DNA from: Escherichia coli
GTDB lineage: Bacteria; Pseudomonadota; Gammaproteobacteria; Enterobacterales; Enterobacteriaceae
Assembly (NCBI RefSeq): GCF_003018255.1
Contig: NZ_CP027440.1
DNA: 64,000 nt
Strand: one strand, 5' to 3'
The notes beneath the pieces are model-generated. The model did not search any database and was not told the origin of the DNA. It saw nothing but the letters and a program-made list of their open reading frames with translations. Position 1 is the first letter of the stretch, and the number at the start of each line of letters is the position of its first letter. This document shows positions 1 to 11,548 of the stretch, in pieces. Both the position numbers and the translations under genes were made by a program.

Positions 1-654
1 GCTAAAAAATCCTCCCTGTGCTTCCGGTATGTCAATTTCGACCGGTGCCTGCGTTTGCGGTGTTTCACGCACCCATTTTTGCACCAGCGTCGCAATCAGC
101 AACACCATCACCAGCCCCGCCACCAGACGAATCGCCGCAAAATCCCAGCCGAGGACGAACCCCATAAACACCAGCGTCGCCGGGTTTAACAACGGATTCC
201 CCATCCAGAATGCCAGCGCACCGCCCATCGACACCTGTTGGCGACGCATTCCCGCCGCGACCGGAGCCGCACAGCAGGTACACATCATGCCCGGCAGCGA
301 AAACAGCGTTCCCAGCAGCGTGCCGCGAAAGCGCGATTGCCCAAGCGTACGCAATAACCAGTCACGCGGGATCAGCACCTGAATCAACGACCCGAGCAGT
401 ACGCCCAGCACCGCCGCTTTCCATACCGCGAGGAAATAGATCATCGCGTAATCCAACGCCGCCTGCCACGGATTAGCATCCGCCTGCGCAAGGATAGATT
501 TACCGATACTGTGGGTTTCGGCAGCAGTAAACGCTTTGCCGTAGTAAGGTTGCCATTTCACATACCAGAGACCAGCAATGACAACGAGAAAGAAAAGCGC
601 GGGTTTCCACCACTGAATGGGCGTTGCCGCCTGAGATGAAGACTGACCAGTCAT
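1..654 (-). CDS. yraQ: Inner-membrane permease YraQ (partial; 3' end lies beyond window start)
   Basis: Own translation of minus strand from ATG at 654: MTGQSSSQAATPIQWWKPALFFLVVIAGLWYVKW..., hydrophobic, open to position 1 with no stop; absent from track because it has no stop in the window. Confidence 0.7.
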   Translation of the reverse strand, partial: MTGQSSSQAATPIQWWKPALFFLVVIAGLWYVKWQPYYGKAFTAAETHSIGKSILAQADANPWQAALDYAMIYFLAVWKAAVLGVLLGSLIQVLIPRDWLLRTLGQSRFRGTLLGTLFSLPGMMCTCCAAPVAAGMRRQQVSMGGALAFWMGNPLLNPATLVFMGFVLGWDFAAIRLVAGLVMVLLIATLVQKWVRETPQTQAPVEIDIPEAQGGFFS

Positions 655-726
655 AGCATTCCCCAGGAATAAGTTATGATAATTGAGCGCGTGAATATTA
701 CGCTCACTATCAATTCTTGGGAATAA

Positions 727-1476
<750 letters not shown>

Positions 1477-1477
1477 T

Positions 1478-1987
<510 letters not shown>

Positions 1988-2008
<21 letters not shown>

Positions 2009-2431
2009 GTTACGTAGCCAGATCATTTTTTTACCAAAGCCCAGCGTGTTGTCGGTGAATTTGATTTCATCAAGCCGGATTTCCCACACCGGGGCCGACA
2101 GCATTCTGGCAACCGGAAAGCGACGATTGTACGCCTGGCGCGCAAGGTCGCTTTCCTCACCTTCAAGCCTGCGGATCTCGCCTTTAAATTGCACGCCGCG
2201 AATTAACGCTACCGTTTTCGGCTGACCGTTTACCGTTCCGGCAACTGCCGCCTGCGGCCCACTCATCTGCGCGTGGCGCGTTTTTTCTTCCGTCAAAATG
2301 TAGAAGGCAACTTTCTGCGCATCAAAAAGATAAAAGGCATTAGCGCACCAGAGTTCCCCTTCCTGCTGCACACACCAGGTGACAACATGTTGTTTTGCCA
2401 GCCAACGGCTGATGGCGGTGAGTGTTTCCAT
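1988..2431 (-). CDS. yhbP: Pyridoxamine 5'-phosphate oxidase-like (FMN-binding) protein YhbP
   Basis: Track ORF, 147 aa, [19 protein letters not shown]...; convergent 21-nt overlap with yhbO. Confidence 0.9.
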
Positions 2432-2481
2432 TGCTGTTCTCTTTTATACTGTGGGCCTGACCTTAACATGCGACGCAGACG

Positions 2482-2784
2482 ATGACACCCTGGTTTCTTT
2501 ACTTGATCCGTACCGCCGACGATAAGCTTTATACCGGGATCACCACAGATGTCGAACGCCGCTATCAGCAGCACCAAAGCGGCAAAGGGGCGAAAGCACT
2601 GCGCGGGAAAGGAGAACTAACGCTGGCGTTTTCCGCGCCAGTGGGCGATCGTTCGCTGGCACTACGGGCGGAATATCGCGTTAAGCAACTGACCAAACGG
2701 CAAAAAGAGCGTCTGGTAGCGGAAGGCGCAGGGTTTGCAGAACTGTTGAGCAGCCTGCAAACCCCAAAGATTAAAAGCGATTGA
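2482..2784 (+). CDS. yhbQ: GIY-YIG domain nuclease-like protein YhbQ
   Basis: Track ORF, 100 aa, [27 protein letters not shown] (GIY-YIG motif YxG...R). Confidence 0.92.
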   Translation: MTPWFLYLIRTADDKLYTGITTDVERRYQQHQSGKGAKALRGKGELTLAFSAPVGDRSLALRAEYRVKQLTKRQKERLVAEGAGFAELLSSLQTPKIKSD

Positions 2785-3274
2785 AGTGCTCGTGATACTC
2801 AACCAGACCAGTTACACCGTTCAGCGCGTCATCCGCTAAACGATGTACCTGGAAGGCACTTTCAGTGCCCGGCCAGCGGCAACGCAGATCGTGATGTGCC
2901 GCCAGTTCAAAGCCGAAACGGCTGTACAGCGCCGGATCGCCCAGCGTCACCACTGCGGCATAGCCGAACTCATTAAGCGAATCGAGTCCTTCATAGACCA
3001 GTTGGCGTGCCAGCCCCTGTCCACGGTATTTTTCATCTACCGCCAGCGGTGCCATGCCGACCCATTGCAGGTCTTCGCCCTGCACATCAACCGGACTAAA
3101 TGCCACATAGCCAATGACCTGACCTTCGTCATCTGTCGCCACCAGCCCCAGCGTCAGAAAGCCATCTTCACGCAGATCGTGAACCAGCTTCGCTTCCGCA
3201 TCACTTTCGAATGAACGACGCAGCAGGGCATCAATACCCGGCGCATCAATGGGAATTTCTACTCGAATTAGCAT
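2771..3274 (-). CDS. yhbS: GNAT family N-acetyltransferase YhbS
   Basis: Track ORF, 167 aa; acetyl-CoA binding motif QGLARQLV. Confidence 0.92.
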   Translation of the reverse strand: MLIRVEIPIDAPGIDALLRRSFESDAEAKLVHDLREDGFLTLGLVATDDEGQVIGYVAFSPVDVQGEDLQWVGMAPLAVDEKYRGQGLARQLVYEGLDSLNEFGYAAVVTLGDPALYSRFGFELAAHHDLRCRWPGTESAFQVHRLADDALNGVTGLVEYHEHFNRF

Positions 3275-3792
3275 GGTTCACCTACCGATGTCTGTTTGGT
3301 TTCAGGCGCGGTTTTCATTCCCGCCTCAACAAAATCCGCCAGTTGCAGCAGCATCATGCGTAAGGCTTTCGGCATTTGCTCCAGTTCAATGGCGTCCATC
3401 AGGTTTTTCACATACAGCCCCAGCTCCGTATCGCCTTCAATTACCAGCCGACGCTGGAAGAAGAGCGTATCCGGATCTTGTTTACGCGCCGCAATCATCA
3501 GCAGATCGCTGGCGTCGGCACTAAAACTCACATCAGCTTGCGCGTTCTGGCTAACGACCAGTTTGCCATTCACCACCGAGGTAAACCATTGCAGGTCAAT
3601 ATCACGCACATGAATACTTAACCAGCGGCCTTCAAGAAACTCCAGCTCGCCATCATCCAACGCCTGGCGGAATTGCCAGCTTAAGACCTGCTCAAGAACC
3701 TGGCGTTTTAGCGCAAATGGCGTCAGTTTTACCGGTACACTCAACAGAGATGGCCCCAAATGCACAATACGGGAACGCAGTTTATCCAACAC
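3268..3792 (-). CDS. ubiT: SCP2 lipid-binding protein UbiT (YhbT), O2-independent ubiquinone biosynthesis accessory factor
   Basis: Track ORF 3268..3816 (TTG start); trimmed to GTG at 3792 preceded by AGGGAG Shine-Dalgarno, giving 174 aa; start choice uncertain. Confidence 0.85.
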   Translation of the reverse strand: MLDKLRSRIVHLGPSLLSVPVKLTPFALKRQVLEQVLSWQFRQALDDGELEFLEGRWLSIHVRDIDLQWFTSVVNGKLVVSQNAQADVSFSADASDLLMIAARKQDPDTLFFQRRLVIEGDTELGLYVKNLMDAIELEQMPKALRMMLLQLADFVEAGMKTAPETKQTSVGEPC

Positions 3793-4000
3793 GAGTTTTA
3801 CTCCCTGTTTCAACAATCATCCTATTTTGCCATATCAGAAAAATAACATAGCGGTATAAATCAACAATTCCATATGAAATTGCTGCTACCACCAATACAA
3901 CTTTAACTGCCTTAAATCAAAAATTGTCGCAGCAAGGTTAACTAAAATCCCAGTTCGTTAACATTTTTGCGCTTTGATAGCGCAACCTTCAGGAAAAATT

Positions 4001-4996
4001 ATGGAGCTGCTCTGCCCTGCCGGAAATCTCCCGGCGCTTAAGGCGGCCATCGAAAACGGCGCAGATGCTGTTTATATCGGGCTAAAAGATGATACCAATG
4101 CCCGTCACTTCGCCGGCCTTAACTTTACCGAGAAAAAATTGCAGGAAGCGGTGAGTTTTGTCCATCAACATCGCCGCAAACTTCACATCGCGATTAACAC
4201 TTTTGCGCATCCGGACGGTTACGCCCGCTGGCAGCGCGCCGTGGATATGGCGGCGCAGTTGGGTGCCGACGCGCTGATCCTCGCCGACCTCGCCATGCTG
4301 GAGTACGCCGCCGAGCGTTACCCGCATATTGAGCGTCATGTGTCAGTGCAGGCTTCGGCGACCAATGAAGAGGCGATTAACTTTTATCATCGCCATTTTG
4401 ACGTTGCCCGCGTGGTGCTGCCGCGCGTGTTGTCGATTCATCAGGTGAAACAACTGGCACGGGTCACACCTGTCCCGCTGGAAGTGTTTGCTTTCGGCAG
4501 CCTGTGCATTATGTCGGAAGGCCGTTGCTATCTGTCGTCGTATCTGACGGGTGAGTCGCCCAACACCGTGGGCGCGTGTTCTCCGGCCCGTTTCGTGCGC
4601 TGGCAGCAAACGCCGCAGGGACTGGAATCTCGCCTGAACGAAGTGCTGATCGACCGTTATCAGGATGGCGAAAACGCAGGTTATCCGACGCTGTGTAAAG
4701 GGCGTTATCTGGTGGACGGCGAGCGCTATCACGCGCTGGAAGAACCCACCAGTCTCAATACCCTGGAACTGCTGCCGGAGTTAATGGCGGCGAATATTGC
4801 TTCGGTGAAAATTGAAGGCCGCCAGCGTAGCCCGGCGTATGTCAGCCAGGTGGCGAAAGTCTGGCGTCAGGCTATCGACCGTTGTAAGGCCGATCCGCAA
4901 AACTTCGTACCGCAAAGCGCGTGGATGGAGACGCTCGGGTCGATGTCCGAAGGCACGCAAACTACCCTTGGCGCGTATCACCGTAAATGGCAGTGA
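4001..4996 (+). CDS. ubiU: Peptidase U32-family protein UbiU (YhbU), O2-independent ubiquinone hydroxylation
   Basis: Track ORF 3974..4996 trimmed to ATG 4001 (MELLCPAGNLPALKAA...) with AGGA RBS; clustered Cys (FGSLCIMSEGRCY). Confidence 0.93.
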   Translation: MELLCPAGNLPALKAAIENGADAVYIGLKDDTNARHFAGLNFTEKKLQEAVSFVHQHRRKLHIAINTFAHPDGYARWQRAVDMAAQLGADALILADLAMLEYAAERYPHIERHVSVQASATNEEAINFYHRHFDVARVVLPRVLSIHQVKQLARVTPVPLEVFAFGSLCIMSEGRCYLSSYLTGESPNTVGACSPARFVRWQQTPQGLESRLNEVLIDRYQDGENAGYPTLCKGRYLVDGERYHALEEPTSLNTLELLPELMAANIASVKIEGRQRSPAYVSQVAKVWRQAIDRCKADPQNFVPQSAWMETLGSMSEGTQTTLGAYHRKWQ

Positions 4997-5004
4997 GAAA
5001 AGCA

Positions 5005-5883
5005 ATGAAATATTCCTTAGGGCCGGTGCTATGGTACTGGCCAAAAGAGACGCTGGAAGACTTTTATCAGCAGGCCGCCGCCAGCAGCGCAGACGTGATT
5101 TATCTTGGTGAAGCGGTCTGTAGCAAACGCCGGGCAACCAAAGTTGGCGACTGGCTGGAGATGGCAAAATCGCTCGCCGGAAGTGGCAAGCAGATTGTGC
5201 TCTCCACGCTGGCGCTGGTGCAGGCGTCCTCCGAACTTGGCGAACTGAAACGTTATGTTGAGAACGGTGAGTTTCTGATTGAAGCCAGCGATCTCGGCGT
5301 GGTGAATATGTGCGCTGAACGCAAACTGCCGTTCGTCGCCGGGCACGCGCTGAACTGCTACAACGCGGTGACACTGAAAATATTGCTCAAACAGGGCATG
5401 ATGCGCTGGTGTATGCCGGTGGAGCTTTCCCGCGACTGGCTGGTGAATCTGCTTAATCAGTGCGATGAGCTGGGCATTCGCAACCAGTTTGAAGTGGAAG
5501 TCCTGAGCTACGGTCATCTGCCGCTGGCCTACTCCGCCCGCTGCTTTACCGCGCGTTCGGAAGACCGCCCGAAAGATGAGTGTGAAACCTGCTGCATTAA
5601 GTATCCGAACGGGCGCAACGTGCTATCGCAGGAAAACCAACAAGTGTTTGTACTCAATGGCATTCAGACCATGAGCGGCTACGTTTACAACCTCGGTAAC
5701 GAGCTGGCATCCATGCAGGGGCTGGTCGATGTGGTCCGCCTGTCACCGCAGGGTACTGACACTTTCGCGATACTCGACGCCTTCCGCGCCAATGAAAATG
5801 GCGCTGCACCACTGCCGTTGACGGCAAACAGCGATTGTAACGGCTACTGGCGGCGGCTGGCCGGGCTGGAGCTGCAAGCCTAA
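5005..5883 (+). CDS. ubiV: Peptidase U32-family protein UbiV (YhbV)
   Basis: Track ORF 4987..5883 trimmed to ATG 5005 (MKYSLGPVLWYWPKE...); C-terminal Cys cluster (CETCCIKYPNG). Confidence 0.93.
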   Translation: MKYSLGPVLWYWPKETLEDFYQQAAASSADVIYLGEAVCSKRRATKVGDWLEMAKSLAGSGKQIVLSTLALVQASSELGELKRYVENGEFLIEASDLGVVNMCAERKLPFVAGHALNCYNAVTLKILLKQGMMRWCMPVELSRDWLVNLLNQCDELGIRNQFEVEVLSYGHLPLAYSARCFTARSEDRPKDECETCCIKYPNGRNVLSQENQQVFVLNGIQTMSGYVYNLGNELASMQGLVDVVRLSPQGTDTFAILDAFRANENGAAPLPLTANSDCNGYWRRLAGLELQA

Positions 5884-5963
5884 GTAAATAGCTCACTTTG
5901 TTAACAACTTTAACTACTCTTTAATGCAGTATTAAAGATTAATCAGTAACAAAGTGAGCTGTT

Positions 5964-6971
5964 ATGACTGATAAAACCATTGCGTTTTCGCTACTCGATC
6001 TGGCCCCCATTCCCGAAGGCTCTTCAGCGCGGGAAGCGTTCTCCCACTCTCTCGACCTCGCCCGTCTGGCTGAAAAGCGCGGCTATCATCGCTACTGGCT
6101 GGCGGAACACCACAATATGACCGGCATTGCCAGTGCTGCAACATCAGTTTTGATTGGCTATCTGGCGGCGAATACCACTACGCTGCATCTGGGGTCTGGC
6201 GGCGTGATGTTGCCTAACCACTCACCATTGGTGATCGCCGAACAGTTCGGCACGCTTAATACGCTCTATCCGGGGCGAATCGATTTGGGGCTGGGTCGTG
6301 CGCCGGGTAGTGACCAGCGAACCATGATGGCACTACGTCGTCATATGAGCGGTGATATTGATAATTTCCCCCGCGATGTCGCGGAGCTGGTGGACTGGTT
6401 TGACGCCCGCGATCCCAATCCGCATGTGCGCCCGGTACCAGGCTATGGCGAGAAAATCCCCGTGTGGTTGTTAGGCTCCAGCCTTTACAGCGCGCAACTG
6501 GCGGCGCAGCTTGGTCTGCCGTTTGCGTTTGCCTCACACTTCGCGCCGGATATGTTGTTCCAGGCGCTGCATCTTTATCGCAGCAACTTCAAACCGTCGG
6601 CACGACTGGAAAAACCATACGCGATGGTGTGCATCAATATTATCGCTGCCGACAGCAACCGCGACGCTGAATTTCTGTTTACCTCAATGCAGCAAGCCTT
6701 TGTGAAACTACGCCGTGGCGAAACCGGACAACTACCGCCACCGATTCAAAATATGGATCAGTTCTGGTCACCGTCTGAGCAGTATGGCGTGCAGCAGGCG
6801 CTGAGTATGTCGTTGGTAGGTGATAAAGCGAAAGTGCGTCATGGCTTGCAGTCGATCCTGCGCGAAACCGACGCCGATGAGATTATGGTTAACGGGCAGA
6901 TTTTCGATCACCAGGCACGCCTGCATTCGTTTGAACTGGCGATGGATGTGAAGGAAGAGTTGTTGGGATAG
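5964..6971 (+). CDS. yhbW: Luciferase-like (flavin-dependent) monooxygenase YhbW
   Basis: Track ORF, 335 aa, [19 protein letters not shown]... Confidence 0.92.
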   Translation: MTDKTIAFSLLDLAPIPEGSSAREAFSHSLDLARLAEKRGYHRYWLAEHHNMTGIASAATSVLIGYLAANTTTLHLGSGGVMLPNHSPLVIAEQFGTLNTLYPGRIDLGLGRAPGSDQRTMMALRRHMSGDIDNFPRDVAELVDWFDARDPNPHVRPVPGYGEKIPVWLLGSSLYSAQLAAQLGLPFAFASHFAPDMLFQALHLYRSNFKPSARLEKPYAMVCINIIAADSNRDAEFLFTSMQQAFVKLRRGETGQLPPPIQNMDQFWSPSEQYGVQQALSMSLVGDKAKVRHGLQSILRETDADEIMVNGQIFDHQARLHSFELAMDVKEELLG

Positions 6972-6984
6972 TATGTCTTAACGC

Positions 6985-7088
6985 GGGAAGCCTTATCCGA
7001 GCTGGCAACGCTGTCCTACGTAGACCTGATAAGCGAAGCGCATCAGGCATTGTGGAGGCAGCAGAAATGTCGGATAAGGCACCGCTGA
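6985..7088. repeat. REP/BIME cluster (about three REP-like palindromic units)
   Basis: Units resembling the REP consensus: gccttatccgagctggcaa, tagacctgataagcgaagcgcatcaggca, gcagaaatgtcggataaggcacc; fills the convergent yhbW/mtr gap. Confidence 0.6.
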
Positions 7089-8333
7089 TTACTGATACAC
7101 CGGCAGCAAATTAAAGCTCGATAAAATATGCACCAGTGCGTTGCCGACGCCAAATACCAGAATCAGCGCAATCATCGGCTTGCCGCCCCAGACGCGGAAT
7201 TTCGGGCTGCCAAAGCGTTTACGCGATGCGCGGGCCAACAGCGCCGGTACAATTGCCGCCCAGATAGTAGCTGCTAAGCCAGCATAACCAATGGCATACA
7301 GGAATCCGTTCGGAAATAGCAGACCACCCACAACAGGCGGGGCAAAGGTCAGCAACGCCGTTTTAAAGCGGCCCAGGGCAGAGTCGTCAAAACCAAACAG
7401 ATCTGCCAGATAGTCAAACAAACCCAGCGTTACGCCGAGGAACGAACTTGCTACCGCAAAGTTTGAGAACACGACCAGCAGAAGGTCCAGGCTACGGCTG
7501 TTCAGCACGCCGCTTAATGCCTGTACCAGCACATCAATATTACCGCCCTTCTCGGCGATGCCGATAAACTCCGGACGAGGGATGTTGCCCATCGTCGCCA
7601 GCAACCAGATGGTATACAGCGCCAGCGCCATCAGCGTACCGTACACCAGGCATTTCACGATGGTTTTCGGATCTTTGCCGTAATACTTCATCAGGCTCGG
7701 CACGTTACCGTGATAACCAAACGATGCCAGACAGAATGGCAGCGTCATCAGCAGATACGGTGCATAAGACGCATTGCTTTCGGCGACGTTGAACAATGTC
7801 GCAGGCTGCACATGCCCCAGTAGGCTACCGAAGGTGAGGAAGAAGGTAATGACTTTCGCCCCCAGCACAATCGCCGTCATGCGGCTGACGGCTTTAGTGC
7901 TCAACCACACCACAAACGCCACCAGCAGTGCAAAACCAAAACCCGCTGCCCGTGCCGGGACGTTCAATGACATCTCTGCGAAGGTATGATGCAGAATCGA
8001 ACCGCTGGCAGAAATATAGGCATAGGTCAGGATATAGAGCACAAAGGCAATGGAAATGCCGTTGACCACGTTCCAGCCTTTGCCCAGCAAATCTTTGGTG
8101 ATGGTGTCAAAGCTCGAACCGATTCGGTAATTCAGGTTAGCTTCCAGAATCATCAAGCCGGAATGCAGCATACAGAACCAGGTAAAGATCAGCGCCGCCA
8201 TTGACCAGAAGAACCACGCCCCGGACATGACCACAGGCAGAGAAAACATCCCTGCGCCAATAATGGTGCCGCCGATAATCACCACGCCGCCAAGCAGCGA
8301 CGGTGACGTTTGGGTGGTGGTTAGTGTTGCCAT
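7089..8333 (-). CDS. mtr: Tryptophan-specific permease Mtr (aromatic amino acid/H+ symporter)
   Basis: Track ORF, 414 aa, [34 protein letters not shown]... Confidence 0.96.
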   Translation of the reverse strand: MATLTTTQTSPSLLGGVVIIGGTIIGAGMFSLPVVMSGAWFFWSMAALIFTWFCMLHSGLMILEANLNYRIGSSFDTITKDLLGKGWNVVNGISIAFVLYILTYAYISASGSILHHTFAEMSLNVPARAAGFGFALLVAFVVWLSTKAVSRMTAIVLGAKVITFFLTFGSLLGHVQPATLFNVAESNASYAPYLLMTLPFCLASFGYHGNVPSLMKYYGKDPKTIVKCLVYGTLMALALYTIWLLATMGNIPRPEFIGIAEKGGNIDVLVQALSGVLNSRSLDLLLVVFSNFAVASSFLGVTLGLFDYLADLFGFDDSALGRFKTALLTFAPPVVGGLLFPNGFLYAIGYAGLAATIWAAIVPALLARASRKRFGSPKFRVWGGKPMIALILVFGVGNALVHILSSFNLLPVYQ

Positions 8334-8379
8334 GAGGGCTTCTCTCCAGTGAAAAATAGTGCGACTGCGTTGTTATGCA

Positions 8380-8405
8380 TTGCACTGTACCAGTACACGA
8401 GTACA
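8380..8405 (-). promoter_or_regulatory. Candidate TrpR operator in mtr promoter
   Basis: Minus strand reads GTACTCGTGTACTGGTAC (tandem GTACT half-sites) roughly 40-60 nt upstream of mtr ATG; position approximate. Confidence 0.35.
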
Positions 8406-8412
8406 AAAGACA

Positions 8413-8444
8413 GAAAAAAAGCCCCGATGGTAAAAATCGGGGCT
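8413..8444 (-). terminator. Intrinsic terminator downstream of deaD
   Basis: agccccgat..atcggggct stem followed on the minus strand by a U7 run. Confidence 0.7.
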
Positions 8445-8486
8445 GTATATATTATTTTACAGATTGTGTTCGCTGTTCAGCGATGA

Positions 8487-10376
8487 TTACGCATCACCAC
8501 CGAAACGACGACGACCGGTAGAGTCATCACGACGCGGAGCGCGGCCTTCACGACGTTCGCCGCTAAAACGACGACCATCACCACGACCACCTTCACGGCG
8601 TTCACCGCTGAAGTTACGACCGCCTTCACGACGTTCGCCACTGAAACCACGACCACCGCCACGACGCTCACCGCCAGTATGCGGCTGTGCATCGCCCAGT
8701 AACTGCATGTTCATCGGCTTGTTGAGAATGCGAGTGCGTGTAAAGTGTTGCAGCACTTCACCCGGCATACCTTTCGGCAGTTCGATGGTGGAGTGAGAAG
8801 CAAACAGCTTGATGTTACCAATGTAACGGCTGCTGATGTCGCCTTCGTTAGCAATCGCACCAACGATATGACGAACTTCAACACCATCATCGCGGCCCAC
8901 TTCAATGCGGTACAGCTGCATATCGCCAACATCACGACGTTCACGACGCGGACGATCTTCACGGTCACCACGCGGGCCACGGTCGTTACGATCGCGCGGA
9001 CCACGGTCATCACGGTCACGGAATTCACGTTTCGGACGCATCGGCGCATCTGGCGGAACAATCAGAGTACGTTCACCCTGTGCCATTTTCAGCAGTGCGG
9101 CGGCCAGAGTTTCGAGATCCAGCTCTTCACCTTCTGCCGTCGGCTGAATTTTGCTCAGCAGTGCACGGTATTGATCCAGATCGCTGCTTTCCAGCTGCTG
9201 CTGTACTTTAGCGGCGAATTTTTCCAGACGACGTTTGCCCAGCAGTTCTGCGTTCGGCAGTTCAACTTCCGGAATGGTCAGCTTCATGGTGCGTTCAATG
9301 TTACGCAGCAGACGACGCTCACGGTTCTCAACGAACAGCAGCGCACGGCCAGCACGGCCCGCACGACCAGTACGACCGATACGGTGAACGTAAGACTCAG
9401 AATCCATCGGGATATCGTAGTTAACTACCAGGCTGATACGCTCAACGTCCAGGCCACGGGCCGCAACGTCGGTCGCAATCAGGATGTCCAGACGACCATC
9501 TTTCAGTCGTTCCAGTGTCTGCTCACGCAGCGCCTGGTTCATGTCACCGTTCAGCGCGGCGCTGTTGTAGCCGTTACGCTCAAGGGCTTCTGCCACTTCC
9601 AGAGTCGCGTTTTTGGTACGAACGAAGATAATCGCCGCATCAAAATCTTCCGCTTCCAGGAAACGTACCAGTGCTTCGTTTTTACGCATACCCCAGACAG
9701 TCCAGTAGCTCTGGCTGATGTCAGGACGGGTAGTCACGCTGGACTGAATGCGCACTTCCTGCGGCTCTTTCATAAAGCGGCGGGTAATGCGACGAATCGC
9801 TTCCGGCATGGTTGCAGAGAACAGAGCGGTCTGATGACCTTCCGGGATCTGCGCCATAATAGTTTCAACGTCTTCGATGAAGCCCATGCGCAGCATTTCG
9901 TCAGCTTCATCCAGAACCAGACCGCTCAGTTTAGAAAGGTCCAGAGTGCCACGTTTCAGGTGATCCAGCAGACGGCCCGGAGTACCGACAACGATCTGCG
10001 GCCCCTGACGCAGGGCGCGTAATTGCACGTCATAACGCTGGCCGCCGTACAGGGCAACCACGTTTACGCCGCGCATGTGTTTAGAGAAATCCGTCATTGC
10101 CTCAGCAACCTGTACCGCCAGTTCGCGGGTCGGTGCCAACACCAGAATCTGTGGTGCTTTCAGCTCAGGATCAAGATTCTGCAGCAGAGGTAAAGAGAAT
10201 GCTGCAGTTTTTCCGCTCCCCGTCTGGGCCATACCCAGAACGTCGCGGCCATTCAGCAGATGTGGAATACACTCTGCCTGAATTGGAGATGGTTTTTCGT
10301 AACCCAGATCGTTAAGGGCTTCAAGGATAGGAGCCTTCAGGCCCAGATCTGCAAAAGTGGTTTCGAATTCAGCCAT
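8487..10376 (-). CDS. deaD: DEAD-box ATP-dependent RNA helicase DeaD (CsdA)
   Basis: Track ORF 8487..10442 (TTG) trimmed to ATG 10376 ([21 protein letters not shown]...), 629 aa; DEAD and SAT motifs; RG-rich C-terminal tail. Confidence 0.96.
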
Positions 10377-10449
10377 GTAGTACGTGTGCCTCAAAATTAA
10401 TGGCGGCCAGTCTACATAACTCATCATGAAATTGATCAGCAATTTTCAT
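10369..10449 (-). CDS. yrbN: Small protein YrbN (26 aa) in deaD leader
   Basis: Own translation: atg aaa att gct gat caa ... cat ggc tga = [26 protein letters not shown]; its stop overlaps the deaD ATG (ATGGCTGA). Confidence 0.6.
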
Positions 10450-10555
10450 TGAAAAGTGTGAACCGGCTCAAAGTAGGTGTATTAACGAACAACAACGCCC
10501 TCACCCGTTAAGGTGATGGCAATCAAAAAAGATTACGGGCTGATGTGTACGTCAG

Positions 10556-11440
10556 CTATTGCTGGTCCGATTCTGCCAGGTCATCTTGGTCCTGGCCCAG
10601 GAGCGATAATTCCAACAATGCGTATCGGTGCTCAACAAAGTTATGAACGTTGTTGGCAACCGCCAGTTTGAACAGTGCCGTGGCGCTGTCCAAATCCCCC
10701 AGACTTAGGTAGTACTTACCTAAATAGAAGTTGGTTTCACTGAGATGCTCAGCGAGCGAGGTGTTATCCGTTGCGTCCGCCTTGAGCCTTTCCATTAACG
10801 TTTGTTCGCTAATGTTGCCCAGGTAGAACTCGACAATGTTCCATCCCCACTGTTCCTTATCCGATTTTTCGAAGTGCTGTTTCAACACTTCTTTAGCCTG
10901 CTTCTCATCGAGCTTCTGCTCGGCGAGATAAAGCCACAGACTACGGAAAGGATCATTGGGATCGTCTTGATAAAACGCCAGCAGATCATCTTGCGCTAAC
11001 TTGTCACGACCGCCGTAATATAATGCGATCCCGCGATTCAAGTGCGCGTAGTTGTAAGTTGGATCAAGCTCAAGTACAGAATCAAACGCTTCATAGGCAG
11101 CATCAAAATTGCCTGCCTGCGTTAAATATATGCCTAAGTAATTGAATACTTCAGGCATATCCGGTCGGATTGCCAGCGCTTGCGAAAAATCGTTACGCGC
11201 TAATGCCCTCAGACCGAGACTATCATACAACACTCCGCGCTCATATAAAAGCTGTGCGCGTTCGTCATCGGTTAAAGCCCGACTGGCAAGGATTTGTTCC
11301 ATACGTGCCAGAATCACTTCCTGCTGTAAAGTCGGTTGCAATGGTACCGCGAGGACTTCACTTTTACGCCAGGAAGTATTACTGCATCCTGCAAGCGTAA
11401 GTGCTGTCGCAACGAAACACCAGCGCAAAAAAGGCTTCAT
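10556..11440 (-). CDS. nlpI: TPR-repeat outer-membrane lipoprotein NlpI
   Basis: Track ORF, 294 aa; lipobox LTLAGC; TPR repeats. Confidence 0.95.
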
Positions 11441-11504
11441 TTCCCACTCCCGAAGACCACGGTTGAATGAACGTCCTGTTCCCGGTTGCTAACAAGGCGT
11501 CCTG

Positions 11505-11542
11505 CCCGGTTAAAAGCCCCCCGCCGCAGCGGAGGGCAAATG
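11505..11542 (-). terminator. Intrinsic terminator downstream of pnp
   Basis: Minus strand gccctccgctgcggcggggggc hairpin followed by UUUU. Confidence 0.55.
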
Positions 11543-11548
11543 GCAACC

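Noticed and set aside
8745-10022. Long antisense ORFs opposite highly expressed genes: 8745..10022 (vs deaD), 11486..12619 and 12671..13708 (vs pnp), 16155..17174 (vs infB), 18387..19856 (vs nusA), 21126..22199 (vs argG), 27734..29221 (vs ftsH), 58742..59506 and 61445..62101 (vs gltB/gltD)
   Set aside because: Each lies entirely inside a well-recognised gene on the other strand, and the translations are low-complexity with no recognisable motifs. Stop-poor antisense frames are an expected by-product of codon bias in these genes.
10377-10442. Upstream extensions of track ORFs (deaD from 10442, pnp from 13771, rbfA, secG, folP, kdsD, lptA, hpf, ptsN, ftsH, yhcC and others)
   Set aside because: The track takes the most upstream ATG/GTG/TTG. 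Recognised N-termini and Shine-Dalgarno placement support the internal starts used in the feature list.
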